In this document: positions 1 through 9,290 of the stretch, piece after piece
Numbering within the stretch: position 1 is the first letter of the stretch
How the letters are laid out: the number at the start of each line of letters is the position of its first letter
Source of the DNA: a virus
IMG/VR virus record: IMGVR_UViG_3300045988_123324
Span: 54,950-118,949 of that record
Length of the DNA stretch: 64,000 nt
Strand: one strand, 5' to 3'
Notes under the pieces: model-generated
The model's input: only the letters and a program-made list of their open reading frames with translations
What the model was told of the DNA's origin: nothing
The model's database searches: none
Made by a program: the position numbers and the translations under genes

Positions 1-544
1 TCCCTTCAAAGTCCTTTCGTGCTTCAAACAGATTCCACTGTGTCTGCGCTGGTGTTGCACCATTCACACGTTCAATCTCAATATAGTTATCAATTCCATA
101 CCGTGTCATAAACCCCATTAGATTTGTGCGATAATAATTTGTTGACCGAGAGAACAATTCATAATTATCTTCCCTCTCTCCCTTATAGTTATAAAGGCTG
201 ATAACAGGTGCATAGAAAGAATCATTCACTCGTGTAACCATCTGCGGGAATGGATCAGATGCAAACTTCTTTGCAGCTTCACATAGCGGGCATCCATCAC
301 CAAGGCAACTAACCTCCACTGGATATGTTTTTCCATTCTTACGAGTCATTCGTACTGTATGGGTGCTATAAATCTCAATGTCCTCTGGTTTATCAACAAG
401 CATCCGAACAATAGTGTGTGCCTTATTCTCCTTTAGCTGTACCTTATTCAAAAACTTTCGTGTAGTATTCTCAGCATGTGTATTATCATTCTTTGTTCGC
501 TTATCAAGTCTCGCGTTCATTTCTTCAAAACTAATTCTCGCCAT
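1..544 (-). CDS. ssDNA-binding protein, T4 gp32-like (partial; C-terminus runs off the window start)
   Basis: Minus-strand frame is open from ATG 542-544 (MARISFEEMNARLDK...) to the window edge. AHTIVRMLV...H...CLGDGCPLCEAA resembles the gp32 OB fold with its Zn-binding Cys cluster. It lies next to the primase. Confidence 0.45.
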   Translation of the reverse strand, partial: MARISFEEMNARLDKRTKNDNTHAENTTRKFLNKVQLKENKAHTIVRMLVDKPEDIEIYSTHTVRMTRKNGKTYPVEVSCLGDGCPLCEAAKKFASDPFPQMVTRVNDSFYAPVISLYNYKGEREDNYELFSRSTNYYRTNLMGFMTRYGIDNYIEIERVNGATPAQTQWNLFEARKDFEG

Positions 545-546
545 AA

Positions 547-1554
547 TCAAATTCCTCTTTCTTCTTTACAATAATTCATAAAATCATCAAATGTTTCTAA
601 ATAACCATAGTCATTTATATCTTTTCCTTTTTCCTTTATGACTAATTTAGATATAAATTTATTTCTATCCAATTTTCTGCACAGCTTATTGCTCGCCATT
701 TCTCCTGCTGAATCATTATCCAGACATAATATTATCCTCCTGTAGTCCAGCTCCCTTAACATATTTATCTGATAATCACTGCCTGTACCTAACAAGGCAA
801 CAGCAGGTTTACCCCATTTAACCAACATAAGTGCATTTAGTATGCTTTCACACACATATAGTTCAACAGATTTAGAAAAATTCTTTAACACTTGATATAT
901 CCCATATAAAGGCTTATCAACACCATCTGGTATATAAAATCTTTTTCCTCTAACACTTCTCTTAACAATAAACAAGGATCTTCCTTTTGTGTCGTGTACT
1001 GGAAAGGTTATGCAGTCAGTCAACTTATCATATCCAACATCATAGTCAACAATCTGTTGATATTCCAGATACCGTTCTTTCATATATGGATGTATAAAGG
1101 AATATTTTGCTAGCTCATCTTCACTAACATATTCTTGTTTCTTTTCTGTACTTTCTTGCTTGATTGGTGTAAAGAAACAAGCACGATTGTCAACGTCAGA
1201 TGTAAACCTATCTATTAACCACCTAGCACCAAATGCACCACCGTCATTTAAGCCAAAACAATGAGAAATGAATTTTTCTATTGTGACCTTTTCATGACAA
1301 CTGAAACAATGACAATATCCAATAGGTATAACCCTATTTATTTTCTTTATTTCTCTTGTTGTCATTCCCATAGACGGCTTCTTCTCTATGCCGCCACCAT
1401 GATACGGGCAAGTAAGCATTATGCTTCCAGTATTTGCAGTCTTATAATTTATATCATGGAGAAGATTACTGCCTGACATCCTAAGTTCTGTTTGTAATAA
1501 TCTTAATATATCAGGAATATTAGCCAAAATTGGCACATCATCAACTATTATCAT
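547..1554 (-). CDS. DNA primase (CHC2 zinc finger plus Toprim, DnaG-like)
   Basis: CPYHGGGIEKKPSMG...CHCFSCHEK zinc-finger motif. Toprim-like YVCESILNALML...LLGTG...LCLDNDSAGE. Confidence 0.85.
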   Translation of the reverse strand: MIIVDDVPILANIPDILRLLQTELRMSGSNLLHDINYKTANTGSIMLTCPYHGGGIEKKPSMGMTTREIKKINRVIPIGYCHCFSCHEKVTIEKFISHCFGLNDGGAFGARWLIDRFTSDVDNRACFFTPIKQESTEKKQEYVSEDELAKYSFIHPYMKERYLEYQQIVDYDVGYDKLTDCITFPVHDTKGRSLFIVKRSVRGKRFYIPDGVDKPLYGIYQVLKNFSKSVELYVCESILNALMLVKWGKPAVALLGTGSDYQINMLRELDYRRIILCLDNDSAGEMASNKLCRKLDRNKFISKLVIKEKGKDINDYGYLETFDDFMNYCKEERGI

Positions 1555-1735
1555 TGCTATCCTCTAATATATCATATTTAACACTGACCCGTGTTTTCAA
1601 TATATCAATCAGCGTATCTTTTATGTAATCATTCCATGAATTTAAGTTGCACTTTTCTTCTGGAATGACAAGAGTTATTTCTTTTGGTAGATGCTCTGTA
1701 ACACTCTTCCAATCAAGACTTGCTTTAACTTCCAT
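1541..1735 (-). CDS. hypothetical protein (64 aa)
   Basis: ORF preceded by AGGAGGTG and a TTGACT-N17-TATAAT promoter at about 1760-1790. It overlaps the primase start. Confidence 0.5.
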   Translation of the reverse strand: MEVKASLDWKSVTEHLPKEITLVIPEEKCNLNSWNDYIKDTLIDILKTRVSVKYDILEDSNDNS

Positions 1736-1848
1736 ATAATCACCTCCTGCTAAAAGATGATTATATCACAAAAAGCTGAAAAAGTCAATCTATCACAGCA
1801 AGTAAGATTCCAATTATTGCAAAAACAACAACTGTCCCAAATATCATT

Positions 1849-2724
1849 TTAGAACAACTCCTTCATTGTTTCCTTGATCTTATCTGTAACCATAACATTC
1901 AATAACTTAAAATTAACATTTGGATTCTTATACTTCTTAACGAAGTTATACGTTTCTTCTTTTACAAACTCACGCCACACAACGCCAATAAGTCTAGGAA
2001 TCATTTTACTGTTCCACTCACCAGCATCATTCACAATCTTCTCATACTCTTTTCGGATAAACTGCTCTGTGCAAAAGTTATCAACTATATCCTTTTCAAC
2101 ACTCTTACCATCAATAGGTTTATTTGCTTTCTTTGTCTGCTTAAACTCCCCGCGAACTATCTTAGCCCATGTAGTTCGACCATATTTATTTGTGTAGTCA
2201 TATCGCTTTACACAAATACCCTCGCCAAGATTTCCTTCTGTTTGTAGAAATGTGCATTTATCAACATATTCTCTTACTTGTTCCTCTGTCGGATTTTCAG
2301 GTTTTGCAATCAGCGGAATATACTCAATTCCAAATTCTTCGAGCATCGGAACATATTCTTCATAAGCAAGATATGAGCCATCCTCTCGCATAACATCAAA
2401 AACATACAGCTTTCTCCAAGCATCCTCTTCGTATGTGCGAATATGGTGCTTTACAAGCCATTCACCATACAGATAAACATTTGTGTGTTTCTCAAAAAAC
2501 TTCTTGAATTTTTCTTGGGATAATACATAAGCATATGATCCTGCATTATCATTTTCTATAGTAAGTTGTCTGTTTCTGCTTCCTCCACATACAACACCAT
2601 CTTTATCAAACAGCACCATGTTACTTCCATCCAACTTCGTAAACAGATACACAGTTCCATTAAGTATTCCTTCAACCTCTGACGTTCCAAGTCTTTCGAC
2701 ATGCTGATACTTCTGATAAATCAT
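1849..2724 (-). CDS. ATP-dependent RNA ligase (Rnl2-like, RNA_ligase family)
   Basis: Nucleotidyltransferase motifs: FTKLDGSN (motif I, KxDG), YLYGEW (III), EGICVK (IV), AKIVRGEFK (V). Size is 291 aa. Confidence 0.65.
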   Translation of the reverse strand: MIYQKYQHVERLGTSEVEGILNGTVYLFTKLDGSNMVLFDKDGVVCGGSRNRQLTIENDNAGSYAYVLSQEKFKKFFEKHTNVYLYGEWLVKHHIRTYEEDAWRKLYVFDVMREDGSYLAYEEYVPMLEEFGIEYIPLIAKPENPTEEQVREYVDKCTFLQTEGNLGEGICVKRYDYTNKYGRTTWAKIVRGEFKQTKKANKPIDGKSVEKDIVDNFCTEQFIRKEYEKIVNDAGEWNSKMIPRLIGVVWREFVKEETYNFVKKYKNPNVNFKLLNVMVTDKIKETMKELF

Positions 2725-2734
2725 AAATATACTC

Positions 2735-2917
2735 CTATCTAATTATTTTATACGCAGACCACGCTATTGCTCCAAACAATGCGTGATTAACAATAGTAAA
2801 CTCTGTTCCAATAAGTAGATTGCTTAATGCAAAAACTGTGCCGAATATGAAGAAATAAATCATTAAAGACACTAGAACTACTGATATTTCATAAGCAATT
2901 TTATTCAAAAGTTCCAC
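2735..2917 (-). CDS. small membrane protein
   Basis: 60-aa ORF with two hydrophobic helices (VVLVSLMIYFFIFGTVFAL, ALFGAIAWSAY). Confidence 0.4.
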   Translation of the reverse strand: MELLNKIAYEISVVLVSLMIYFFIFGTVFALSNLLIGTEFTIVNHALFGAIAWSAYKIIR

Positions 2918-3345
2918 ATCTTTCTTGCTTTAATAAGACTGTCAATATCTGTAAAATAGTTATTAAGAGATTGGCTTTCAATAAAGCCGAGAACTTCTTT
3001 AAGATCTGATATTCGTCTGTAATCATCTTCAAATAGCGCCTCTGCTTTTAATCTGTTTATTTCACTTGAGACAGTCTTTGCCAGTTTCTTTCTCATTTTT
3101 CTATATCTATTTGCAACATTTATCTGCAAATGGCATTTACACGGCTTTTCATTCTTTCGCAATTTATATGCTGTCATTCTATGTAATTTGCCACAAAACA
3201 AGCACTTACATATGCACCTGTGTCGCGTTCTTCTACTTTCATTGGTATAAAACATATCTTCTAATACGATATACCCATTTATAATTTTCCCCTTTAGCTT
3301 ACTTATTCGCGGTTTATTTTTAGGTTTTTCCCCTACAAAAATCAT
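2905..3345 (-). CDS. Cys-rich (zinc-ribbon-like) protein
   Basis: HRCICKCLFCGKLH...KPCKCH Cys/His cluster. Co-directional with the replication genes. Confidence 0.45.
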   Translation of the reverse strand: MIFVGEKPKNKPRISKLKGKIINGYIVLEDMFYTNESRRTRHRCICKCLFCGKLHRMTAYKLRKNEKPCKCHLQINVANRYRKMRKKLAKTVSSEINRLKAEALFEDDYRRISDLKEVLGFIESQSLNNYFTDIDSLIKARKMWNF

Positions 3346-3357
3346 ATAATCACCAAC

Positions 3358-4641
3358 TTAAAACATATGCTTCAATTCACTTTTTAGTTCTTCCAACTCT
3401 TCCTTTGACGTATCGTCACTCTCAATATCTTCAAGGCTAGGAATAAACGTATAACTCATTCTATCAATATCAAAACTATACGTATATGTTTTCCCAGCAA
3501 TATTCCCACGATTCTTTGATATATAGAATTTCAGTGCATTTTCTGACTTATTGATTGACACCATCTTTGTTGCCGCCCTGCTTACATCATAGCTATCGGC
3601 AATAGACTCTGAATCATCAAGCGCCTCATCTTCTGAACGCTTTTCTGAACTTCGTCTACGCGACTGTGCAACAACAACAACAGGAATCTTAAAGTCATTA
3701 GACAGTCTCAATAACTGCCTAGCAGCCATACCCATCTTTGCACTGATTGACAACTTCCTTGTGTCACCATCTGGTTCAATATATACAAGACCATCAATAA
3801 ACAATATATCAAGTCTCTTTGATTTAATAAACTGTCTACATTTTGAAATGGTTATATTACCATCAAAATCTTCACTGTCTGCAACAAATACGTGTTCCTC
3901 TGATAGGTTCAGTTCATCAAAATACTTTTCATACCCATTGATTAGTAGCCCCTTTTGCATGGCAGAATTAGAAAAATGTGTTCTCGAACTATCCCACCTA
4001 AAACCAATGGACTGCGTGCTCATCTCTGGGGAAATAAACCCAACTCTATTCCCCAGCTTTGATGCGTGTTCCGCACACATAGTAAGAGCGACACTCTTTC
4101 CCACGTTCGATTTAGCGAAGAACACAAACAATTCTTCACCACGTTGAAACCCAAGTAGATCTTCATTCAATTCCTTAAATGGTATCTCAATAAAGCTACT
4201 TTCAGGATCTCTCTGTCTACGTTTCCATTCCTCTAGCCTTGACCTGTCATGAATGATGTCAGTACATGAAAAATCCTCTTGTGGTTGTAGCTTATCAATC
4301 TGCGATAACAGATATTTGCTTGCTTCATTTGCATTTTTCTCATAGAGTTTTGATGCTTTATTTATAACATCCACCGCTCTGTTAAACAATACTTGCTCTC
4401 GAAGATCATCAACTATAGATTTATCTGTCTGTGTTACAATAAAAAATTCAAAGTTAGGAAATTTCTCTATAAACTTCTCTTTATCTGGGACACTACCATA
4501 TTTTTTATAGAAGTCACTTAGGTATTGGAACTCTTTCTTTACCCTAGGAAGATATTCCTCTGTAATCAGATTATCTTCAACTATATTAAAGCTCTTGTCG
4601 GAGAGGATTTTATTGATTAGCTGATATTCTCCTACGCTCAA
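3358..4641 (-). CDS. replicative DNA helicase (DnaB-like)
   Basis: Walker A FFAKSNVGKS, Walker B LDILFIDGL, and the RecA-like C-terminal domain pattern ...VVVVAQSRR. Size is 427 aa. Confidence 0.85.
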   Translation of the reverse strand: MSVGEYQLINKILSDKSFNIVEDNLITEEYLPRVKKEFQYLSDFYKKYGSVPDKEKFIEKFPNFEFFIVTQTDKSIVDDLREQVLFNRAVDVINKASKLYEKNANEASKYLLSQIDKLQPQEDFSCTDIIHDRSRLEEWKRRQRDPESSFIEIPFKELNEDLLGFQRGEELFVFFAKSNVGKSVALTMCAEHASKLGNRVGFISPEMSTQSIGFRWDSSRTHFSNSAMQKGLLINGYEKYFDELNLSEEHVFVADSEDFDGNITISKCRQFIKSKRLDILFIDGLVYIEPDGDTRKLSISAKMGMAARQLLRLSNDFKIPVVVVAQSRRRSSEKRSEDEALDDSESIADSYDVSRAATKMVSINKSENALKFYISKNRGNIAGKTYTYSFDIDRMSYTFIPSLEDIESDDTSKEELEELKSELKHMF

Positions 4642-4644
4642 TGT

Positions 4645-5343
4645 TTATTCTCTCCTTTCATACGTTGCAACTCCTTTTCTTCTTCCATCGCCCTTGAGTT
4701 CAATTACTATATCCGTACAAGCCCTATCTGCAATTCTGCTGTTTATTTTATATAGTTCATCTGGATGCAGATTTGAACTATATAGCGTAGACAACGATTT
4801 TGCATATCTTGTGTTGATTATATTGGTAAGTACAGATATGTCATACTCTGAAGTTCTTACTGCTCCAATATCATCTAATATACACAACTCTCTTTTCATC
4901 AATGCCGAAATATGCTCATTTGCAGTTTCTCTATCTTCAAAGTTCTTTGCTGTCAATAGGAACGTCGGAATAAATTCAAACCAACACCTATCGGAAAATT
5001 CATTTCCTACACATATAGTAGCCATATAGGATTTCATTAACTTTGTCAGCCACTCAGTCTTTCCATTCCCATAATTATAGCTCCAAAGATATAATGTTCT
5101 TCCATTCTTTACAAAGTTTTCTATATCATCTTTTATCTCTGCCAAAGTTGTAAAAGCATCTATATCTTCAACTGATGGAAATAACTTCTTAGCCACTTCA
5201 TATCTTTCTGGCAAATTACTTGTTTTCAGTAGGTAATAAAATTCTGGCTGAATCGTACATGACGGATCACATCCAAGTTTTTTCTCCCTTGGACACCCGC
5301 CCTTAAACACACAATTCTCTGTGTATCTATATTCCAATAACAT
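4645..5343 (-). CDS. helicase loader (DnaC/IstB-like AAA+ ATPase)
   Basis: Walker A YNYGNGKTEW and Walker B LCILDDIG. It lies immediately downstream of the DnaB-like gene. Confidence 0.7.
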   Translation of the reverse strand: MLLEYRYTENCVFKGGCPREKKLGCDPSCTIQPEFYYLLKTSNLPERYEVAKKLFPSVEDIDAFTTLAEIKDDIENFVKNGRTLYLWSYNYGNGKTEWLTKLMKSYMATICVGNEFSDRCWFEFIPTFLLTAKNFEDRETANEHISALMKRELCILDDIGAVRTSEYDISVLTNIINTRYAKSLSTLYSSNLHPDELYKINSRIADRACTDIVIELKGDGRRKGVATYERRE

Positions 5344-5385
5344 TACCTCCTCTCATATAGATTCTACCACAATACAAAAAGAAGG

Positions 5386-5595
5386 TCAAGTGTTTTCTTG
5401 ACCTAATTCATAGTAATCTTTCATTTTCTTTGATCGCCGTATTGCCAACTGTAACTTTGAAATCAATTCCTCTTTCACAACACCATATTCCATTGACTTT
5501 ACCATATCTATAATACTTTTATATGGTGCTCTAATTACTATGGTGTCAGAAGCACAATCAGCAAACACGCTCGTTTCAATCACTATATTCTCCAT
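5386..5595 (-). CDS. hypothetical protein (start uncertain)
   Basis: ORF overlapping the thyX stop. The MENIVIET start has a poorly spaced RBS. Confidence 0.25.
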   Translation of the reverse strand: MENIVIETSVFADCASDTIVIRAPYKSIIDMVKSMEYGVVKEELISKLQLAIRRSKKMKDYYELGQENT

Positions 5596-6214
5596 ACTCC
5601 TTATAAATATCTTCAAAAAACACTGGATACATTCCATGCACAAGTTCAAGCAGATCATACATAACCACACGAATATCTCTTTGTGCATGACTATCCAGCC
5701 GTAGAGTTAGAATATGTCGGAGTTCTCTAAAATTAACGTGCATAAATATAGTAGTTGCTAGGCTCTGTGGAAGTACACTCCTTGCAACCTCTGCCGACAC
5801 CTTATCTTCTTGAATCATCTTCATGTAGGCTGTTTCTGCCATCAACATACTTGTATGCCATGTAGCGTATGCGTGATTATTAAGTCCTTCTGGGACGATT
5901 ACCTTGATTTCACCAGACTTATTATAGTTACAGTATCTTGTAGATTCTATGCAAAATGTGGCAAGCCTATGTCTTGTTAGTTGTGCCATTGTCGCTCTGT
6001 CGATAACTAACTTTATAGTCACGCCTGCAAACTCAATCGGTGTTAAGTGTCTATTTTTAATAAGGAATCTAACTATTTTCTCTGCGCTACCCACTGAAAT
6101 CTTATCTCCACTCTGATAGCAATTCCTTGCAGCTTGTTCAACTGTATTTAAGGCTTCGTCATACGAAATAGGATTTATTAGTTCAACACTTTTCTTAACT
6201 TTAAGCACTTTCAA
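5576..6214 (-). CDS. thyX: flavin-dependent thymidylate synthase
   Basis: ThyX signature LTRHRLATFCIESTRY (RHRxxS...S.RY). Size is 212 aa. Confidence 0.9.
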   Translation of the reverse strand: MKVLKVKKSVELINPISYDEALNTVEQAARNCYQSGDKISVGSAEKIVRFLIKNRHLTPIEFAGVTIKLVIDRATMAQLTRHRLATFCIESTRYCNYNKSGEIKVIVPEGLNNHAYATWHTSMLMAETAYMKMIQEDKVSAEVARSVLPQSLATTIFMHVNFRELRHILTLRLDSHAQRDIRVVMYDLLELVHGMYPVFFEDIYKEYGEYSD

Positions 6215-6743
6215 TCTCCTTTAGTCTACCTACTGCTATGTTGTAGTATTTTGGGTCAATTTCACACCCAACAAAATCTCTATTTAGTTTCTTACACGCA
6301 ATGGCTGTTGTTCCAATTCCAAATGCAAAATCACACACAACTTCTCCTTGTTTTGACGAATTTTCAATAAGAATTTCCATCAATTCCACTGGTTTACTTG
6401 TATCATGAAGGTTATTTCCATGTTCATCCTTTAATTTTACGTTCGGAACATCAAGAACATCGGCGGTTCCACAGTTATTTATTTTTACCGCTTTTCCTTT
6501 TCTGAAAAATAGTATATACTCGAAACTATTCATGTAGTACAGTCCAGCAACCTTGTTTCCCTTATTCCATATAAGAGATTTTATGAAATGGAAACCACAA
6601 TTTTGTGCAACCGTTAAAAACTCGTACAAATTTGTATGGTTACACATAATATAGCAATGTCCACCATCTTTTAGTACCCTAAAACATTCTGGAAACCACT
6701 CTTCACATTTAACATTATTGTGTCTAAAAACAGTCCCGTCCAT
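6201..6743 (-). CDS. DNA methyltransferase (N6_N4_Mtase, beta class), C-terminal 180 aa
   Basis: C-terminal SAM motif VCDFAFGIGTTAIACKKLNRDFVGCEID. The DPPY motif lies in a separate upstream frame (6751-6888). Confidence 0.7.
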   Translation of the reverse strand: MDGTVFRHNNVKCEEWFPECFRVLKDGGHCYIMCNHTNLYEFLTVAQNCGFHFIKSLIWNKGNKVAGLYYMNSFEYILFFRKGKAVKINNCGTADVLDVPNVKLKDEHGNNLHDTSKPVELMEILIENSSKQGEVVCDFAFGIGTTAIACKKLNRDFVGCEIDPKYYNIAVGRLKEIESA

Positions 6744-6750
6744 ACCACGC

Positions 6751-6888
6751 TTAGTTGCGAGAAATCCATGATTTTATGCAATTACCTCTTGCAGTAATCT
6801 TATATGGAGGGTCACATACAATTAAATCTACAGACTCATCTTTTATCTGTTTAAAGAAGTCCACGCAATCTGCATTTTCAATAATCAT
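6751..6888 (-). CDS. N-terminal fragment of the same methyltransferase (DPPY motif), out of frame with 6201-6743
   Basis: MIIENADCVDFFKQIKDESVDLIVCDPPYKITARGN... terminates at TAA 6751-6753. The frames switch near an ATAAAAT run. Confidence 0.55.
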   Translation of the reverse strand: MIIENADCVDFFKQIKDESVDLIVCDPPYKITARGNCIKSWISRN

Positions 6889-6956
6889 TTTTTATACCAA
6901 CAACCACATCATACAGAACGTATATAAAAAACACAGATGTAAACAGATACACTATA

Positions 6957-7202
6957 TCAAATATAATCATGCTCAATCACCGAAAACCTCTGAACAACAT
7001 CTAGCCAACCACCATTTTTTCCTTCTTCATAAGCCTCTGTAAATGCTTTATCAAAGTTATTCTTGTTCTTTATGTCAGAATATTCAAACATCATCTGCTT
7101 AATATCCTTATAGATATTTGGTCGCTTTCCACTTACATATTCGTCAACCATTTCACTGATTCTATTGTATAAGTTTCCTACCTGTACTTTCAATTTCACC
7201 AT
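6957..7202 (-). CDS. hypothetical protein (81 aa)
   Basis: ORF in a co-directional gene array. Confidence 0.45.
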   Translation of the reverse strand: MVKLKVQVGNLYNRISEMVDEYVSGKRPNIYKDIKQMMFEYSDIKNKNNFDKAFTEAYEEGKNGGWLDVVQRFSVIEHDYI

Positions 7203-7221
7203 TCTCCTTAATCAAAAACAA

Positions 7222-7608
7222 TCAATCAATTTTCTCTTTCGCAAGTCCTCTCCTACGAATGATCTTAATTGCCAAATCTACTGGGCTATTTTCTCCATAC
7301 TGTAGCCTATGAGGGCTTCCAGACGCTCTAAGCCTTGTACCATTCTTCAACTCAACTGTAGTACCTGTAATAACATACCACTTCTCTTTTGTATTGACAA
7401 TAACCCCCATCGCTGTCACCACATCAATGTTAGTGTTATCCACAAGCATATTAAATCCATACAGAGAGCCACATTTATAAATATCTGTGTTTCCCATATA
7501 TGTATAGATTCCATCTTCCTCACCAACGAAGATAAGTCCAGTATCCTTTGCTGAACACACACCGACAAGCATCATCATTGCAAATACAAATGATACAATC
7601 GTTTTCAT
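7222..7608 (-). CDS. secreted protein or lipoprotein candidate
   Basis: Start is placed at MKTIVSFVFAMMMLVGVCSAKD (signal peptide). This ATG is 1 nt after the upstream stop. Confidence 0.5.
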   Translation of the reverse strand: MKTIVSFVFAMMMLVGVCSAKDTGLIFVGEEDGIYTYMGNTDIYKCGSLYGFNMLVDNTNIDVVTAMGVIVNTKEKWYVITGTTVELKNGTRLRASGSPHRLQYGENSPVDLAIKIIRRRGLAKEKID

Positions 7609-7609
7609 T

Positions 7610-8074
7610 TTAAAGTCCTTTCTTGAACAGTCGAATATTTTCTTTTCCAATAGGATCAATCACAGCATAGTCACCACTCGTTTCATTTGCTGTGTATGAA
7701 CTCCTGCCGTGTGTAAAATAGTATGTCTTACCACCAATATATCCTGCAAAGAACGCTGGCTTCCAGACGCCGCCAATCCTCACTTCAACCTTTGTGTCAA
7801 CAGGGATGCGTTCCCAATCAACACCAGACGCATCAAAGCATGGAGGAATCAACTTTGAAACATTATCAATAGATTCATATAGTGCTGGATAATCCCACAC
7901 CTTATCAATCTTAACCTCACGGAGAGGGATTATCTCTGTCTTTAGATACAGATAGCCACCAAATGCTATGCCGATCTGCCCAGTTGTGAGCCTAACTATT
8001 GATCTATCTGGTACATTTTCACTTGTAATCGGCTTTCCTTCATTGTCATACCCATAAATAAAAAAGTTCTTCAT
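7610..8074 (-). CDS. hypothetical protein
   Basis: GAGGAG RBS 8 nt upstream of ATG 8072-8074 (MKNFFIYGY...). Confidence 0.5.
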   Translation of the reverse strand: MKNFFIYGYDNEGKPITSENVPDRSIVRLTTGQIGIAFGGYLYLKTEIIPLREVKIDKVWDYPALYESIDNVSKLIPPCFDASGVDWERIPVDTKVEVRIGGVWKPAFFAGYIGGKTYYFTHGRSSYTANETSGDYAVIDPIGKENIRLFKKGL

Positions 8075-8078
8075 TCTA

Positions 8079-8213
8079 TCACTCCTCACTCAATACTACA
8101 ATTCCAATAAACATCATGTTTAAAATATCTTGCAACAGTCTAATTTCTGTCACCTCTCCAAATATAGCGGAAAGAAGAATTAATGATCCAAGAATCTTAA
8201 AAATGGTTTTCAT
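8079..8213 (-). CDS. small hydrophobic peptide (44 aa)
   Basis: ATG overlaps the dut stop (ATGA). Sequence MKTIFKILGSLILLSAIFG... It falls below the ORF-track cutoff. Confidence 0.3.
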   Translation of the reverse strand: MKTIFKILGSLILLSAIFGEVTEIRLLQDILNMMFIGIVVLSEE

Positions 8214-8653
8214 TTTCCCGTGCTCCCAATTCCACCAACTCTTGTTCCAGTAGGGTTATCATCATCTGTTGTAAAATACTTCATAAAAATACCCTGTGCA
8301 ATCTTTGCCATCGGAGGAATTACTTGTGTTTTATTCCCAATGTTTGTAATGGCAATATGGATATGCCCCTCATTATCTGTATTATTATAGTACGAAGAAT
8401 CAATAATTCCTGTCCCGTTACTCAAAACAAGCTGTTGCTTAAACCCCATCGAGCTACGAACGTACATCATAAGGACTTCATCTTCTGGAAAACAAGCCTT
8501 GATCCCTGTCTCAAAATACACAGTCTCCTGCGGTTTTATGTATGTGTCATAGTTTCTTGTGATATGAAAGTCATATCCACAACTACCAGTATCATTTCTT
8601 GTTGGTATCTTTGCTACATCTTCATACCCTGTTACTACTTCAAATTTACGCAT
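8210..8653 (-). CDS. dut: dUTP diphosphatase (trimeric dUTPase)
   Basis: Motifs GSCGYDF, GIIDSSYY, and the C-terminal RVGGIGSTGK. RBS GGGGGT precedes the second ATG. Confidence 0.85.
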   Translation of the reverse strand: MRKFEVVTGYEDVAKIPTRNDTGSCGYDFHITRNYDTYIKPQETVYFETGIKACFPEDEVLMMYVRSSMGFKQQLVLSNGTGIIDSSYYNNTDNEGHIHIAITNIGNKTQVIPPMAKIAQGIFMKYFTTDDDNPTGTRVGGIGSTGK

Positions 8654-8894
8654 TTTTACCCCCATATATTTTTATCTCACCAGAACCTTGTGTATCTACT
8701 GAGTGCAAAATTCCCATGTCTGCAAGGATGCTACTTAAAAGACTTGTTACAGTTTCATCTTGTGTATAAATAGTTCCTTTCCCTTCATCTATGAGGTCTT
8801 GAATGGCTTTCCTTGCTTTATTCTTGCTAGTCAAAGCTATACTAGCAAGTTCCGTAGATGTGATTCCCACTCTGTAACCCCCTAAAGAAAGCAT
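8646..8894 (-). CDS. small winged-helix-like protein (start uncertain)
   Basis: GITSTELASIALTSKNKARKAIQDLIDEGKGTIY. It is either an independent MLSLGG start or a frameshift continuation of 8842-9210. Confidence 0.35.
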   Translation of the reverse strand: MLSLGGYRVGITSTELASIALTSKNKARKAIQDLIDEGKGTIYTQDETVTSLLSSILADMGILHSVDTQGSGEIKIYGGKNA

Positions 8895-9210
8895 GGATAT
8901 GGTCAACAAGCACGCCCATATTCTGAAAATCAACATATTTATGAAATACTGGATTTGCATAATCAATTTTTCCGTTCTTTTTGCATTTAAAGAACATAAG
9001 CTCACAGTAGTTGTCAAGCTTTGCTAAACTACAATGGTATACAGTTCCACGAAACTCAATACCCTGATAGAGAGCACCAGTAAGACCAATACCACTACTA
9101 GATGGAAGGAAAGTATATTCCCTATTCTCTTCCTCTTTGCGTCTGCGATCTTCCCGATCTTTTGATTCAAACTCAATCCATGCAGGATCTTTTGTATAAT
9201 CATATGCCAT
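8842..9210 (-). CDS. hypothetical protein
   Basis: AAGGTGG RBS before ATG 9208-9210 (MAYDYTKDPAW...). Confidence 0.45.
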   Translation of the reverse strand: MAYDYTKDPAWIEFESKDREDRRRKEEENREYTFLPSSSGIGLTGALYQGIEFRGTVYHCSLAKLDNYCELMFFKCKKNGKIDYANPVFHKYVDFQNMGVLVDHIHAFFRGLQSGNHIYGTC

Positions 9211-9234
9211 TTCAATAACCACCTTTCATTGACT

Positions 9235-9263
9235 ATTATATAGCATGTTTTAATTTTTGTCAA
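9235..9263 (-). promoter_or_regulatory. sigma-A-type promoter
   Basis: Minus strand TTGACA (9258-9263), 17-nt spacer, TATAAT (9235-9240). Confidence 0.55.
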
Positions 9264-9290
9264 GAAAAAAGTGCAAGAATTTCTTGCACC
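9264..9290 (-). terminator. intrinsic terminator after nrdG
   Basis: Minus strand GTGCAAGAAATTCTTGCAC followed by TTTTTT. Confidence 0.6.

Noticed and set aside
1787-1846. A 19-aa hydrophobic mini-ORF (MIFGTVVVFAIIGILLAVID) right after the RNA ligase stop.
   Set aside because: It is too short to support without expression or conservation data, and it overlaps the promoter region of the next gene.
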